From the NCBI RefSeq assembly GCF_006345805.1, contig NC_043007.1, positions 32,922,001-32,986,000 of the forward strand: a DNA stretch of 64,000 bases, given 5' to 3'. Under the pieces are notes generated by a model that searched no databases, was not told the origin of the DNA, and saw only the letters and a list, made by a program, of their open reading frames with translations. The DNA comes from Octopus sinensis (taxonomy: Eukaryota). This document shows positions 63,862 through 64,000 of this stretch, piece by piece. Every line of letters begins with the position of its first letter. Positions within the stretch are counted from its first letter, which is position 1. The position numbers and the translations under genes are program-made.

Positions 63862-64000
63862 CAAAGGAATTCCTACACTGTCTGGTTCTTTTTATGTTTT
63901 ATTTATATTCTTTATAATATTAATGTAGAATATAGAATATATAGTATAAATAGTATATATAGTAAAATGAAATGAAGTATTGATTACCTTATTGAATAGA

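Overview
A very AT-rich, microsatellite-saturated eukaryotic window made almost entirely of transposable-element debris. The repeat families look like octopus/cephalopod DNA (inference from the repeats, not verified). There is no intact protein-coding gene, and nearly all ORFs in the supplied track are (TA)n/(CA)n/(TACA)n/(GAA)n read-throughs. Recognisable parts: dozens of copies of three tRNA-derived SINE families; decayed LINEs (CR1-, RTE-, R4/Dong- and L1/Tx1-like); two Penelope-like RT remnants; Helitron Rep, helicase and non-autonomous copies; mariner/maT remnants; MITEs; and two satellites (about 81 bp and about 222 bp). The most unusual items are (i) a full-length U2 snRNA sequence fused to the 3' tail of the dominant SINE family, a tail also resembled by the end of a CR1-like LINE in the window; (ii) three unrelated short repeat families that each carry a type I hammerhead-ribozyme fold with a palindromic stem III, two in partial-tandem pLTR/retrozyme-like layouts; (iii) a GC-rich 18S rRNA fragment; (iv) a Helitron carrying a LINE ORF1-like fragment; (v) a 2A-like GGVELNPGP motif. 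All assignments were made by eye; coordinates of degenerate elements are approximate.
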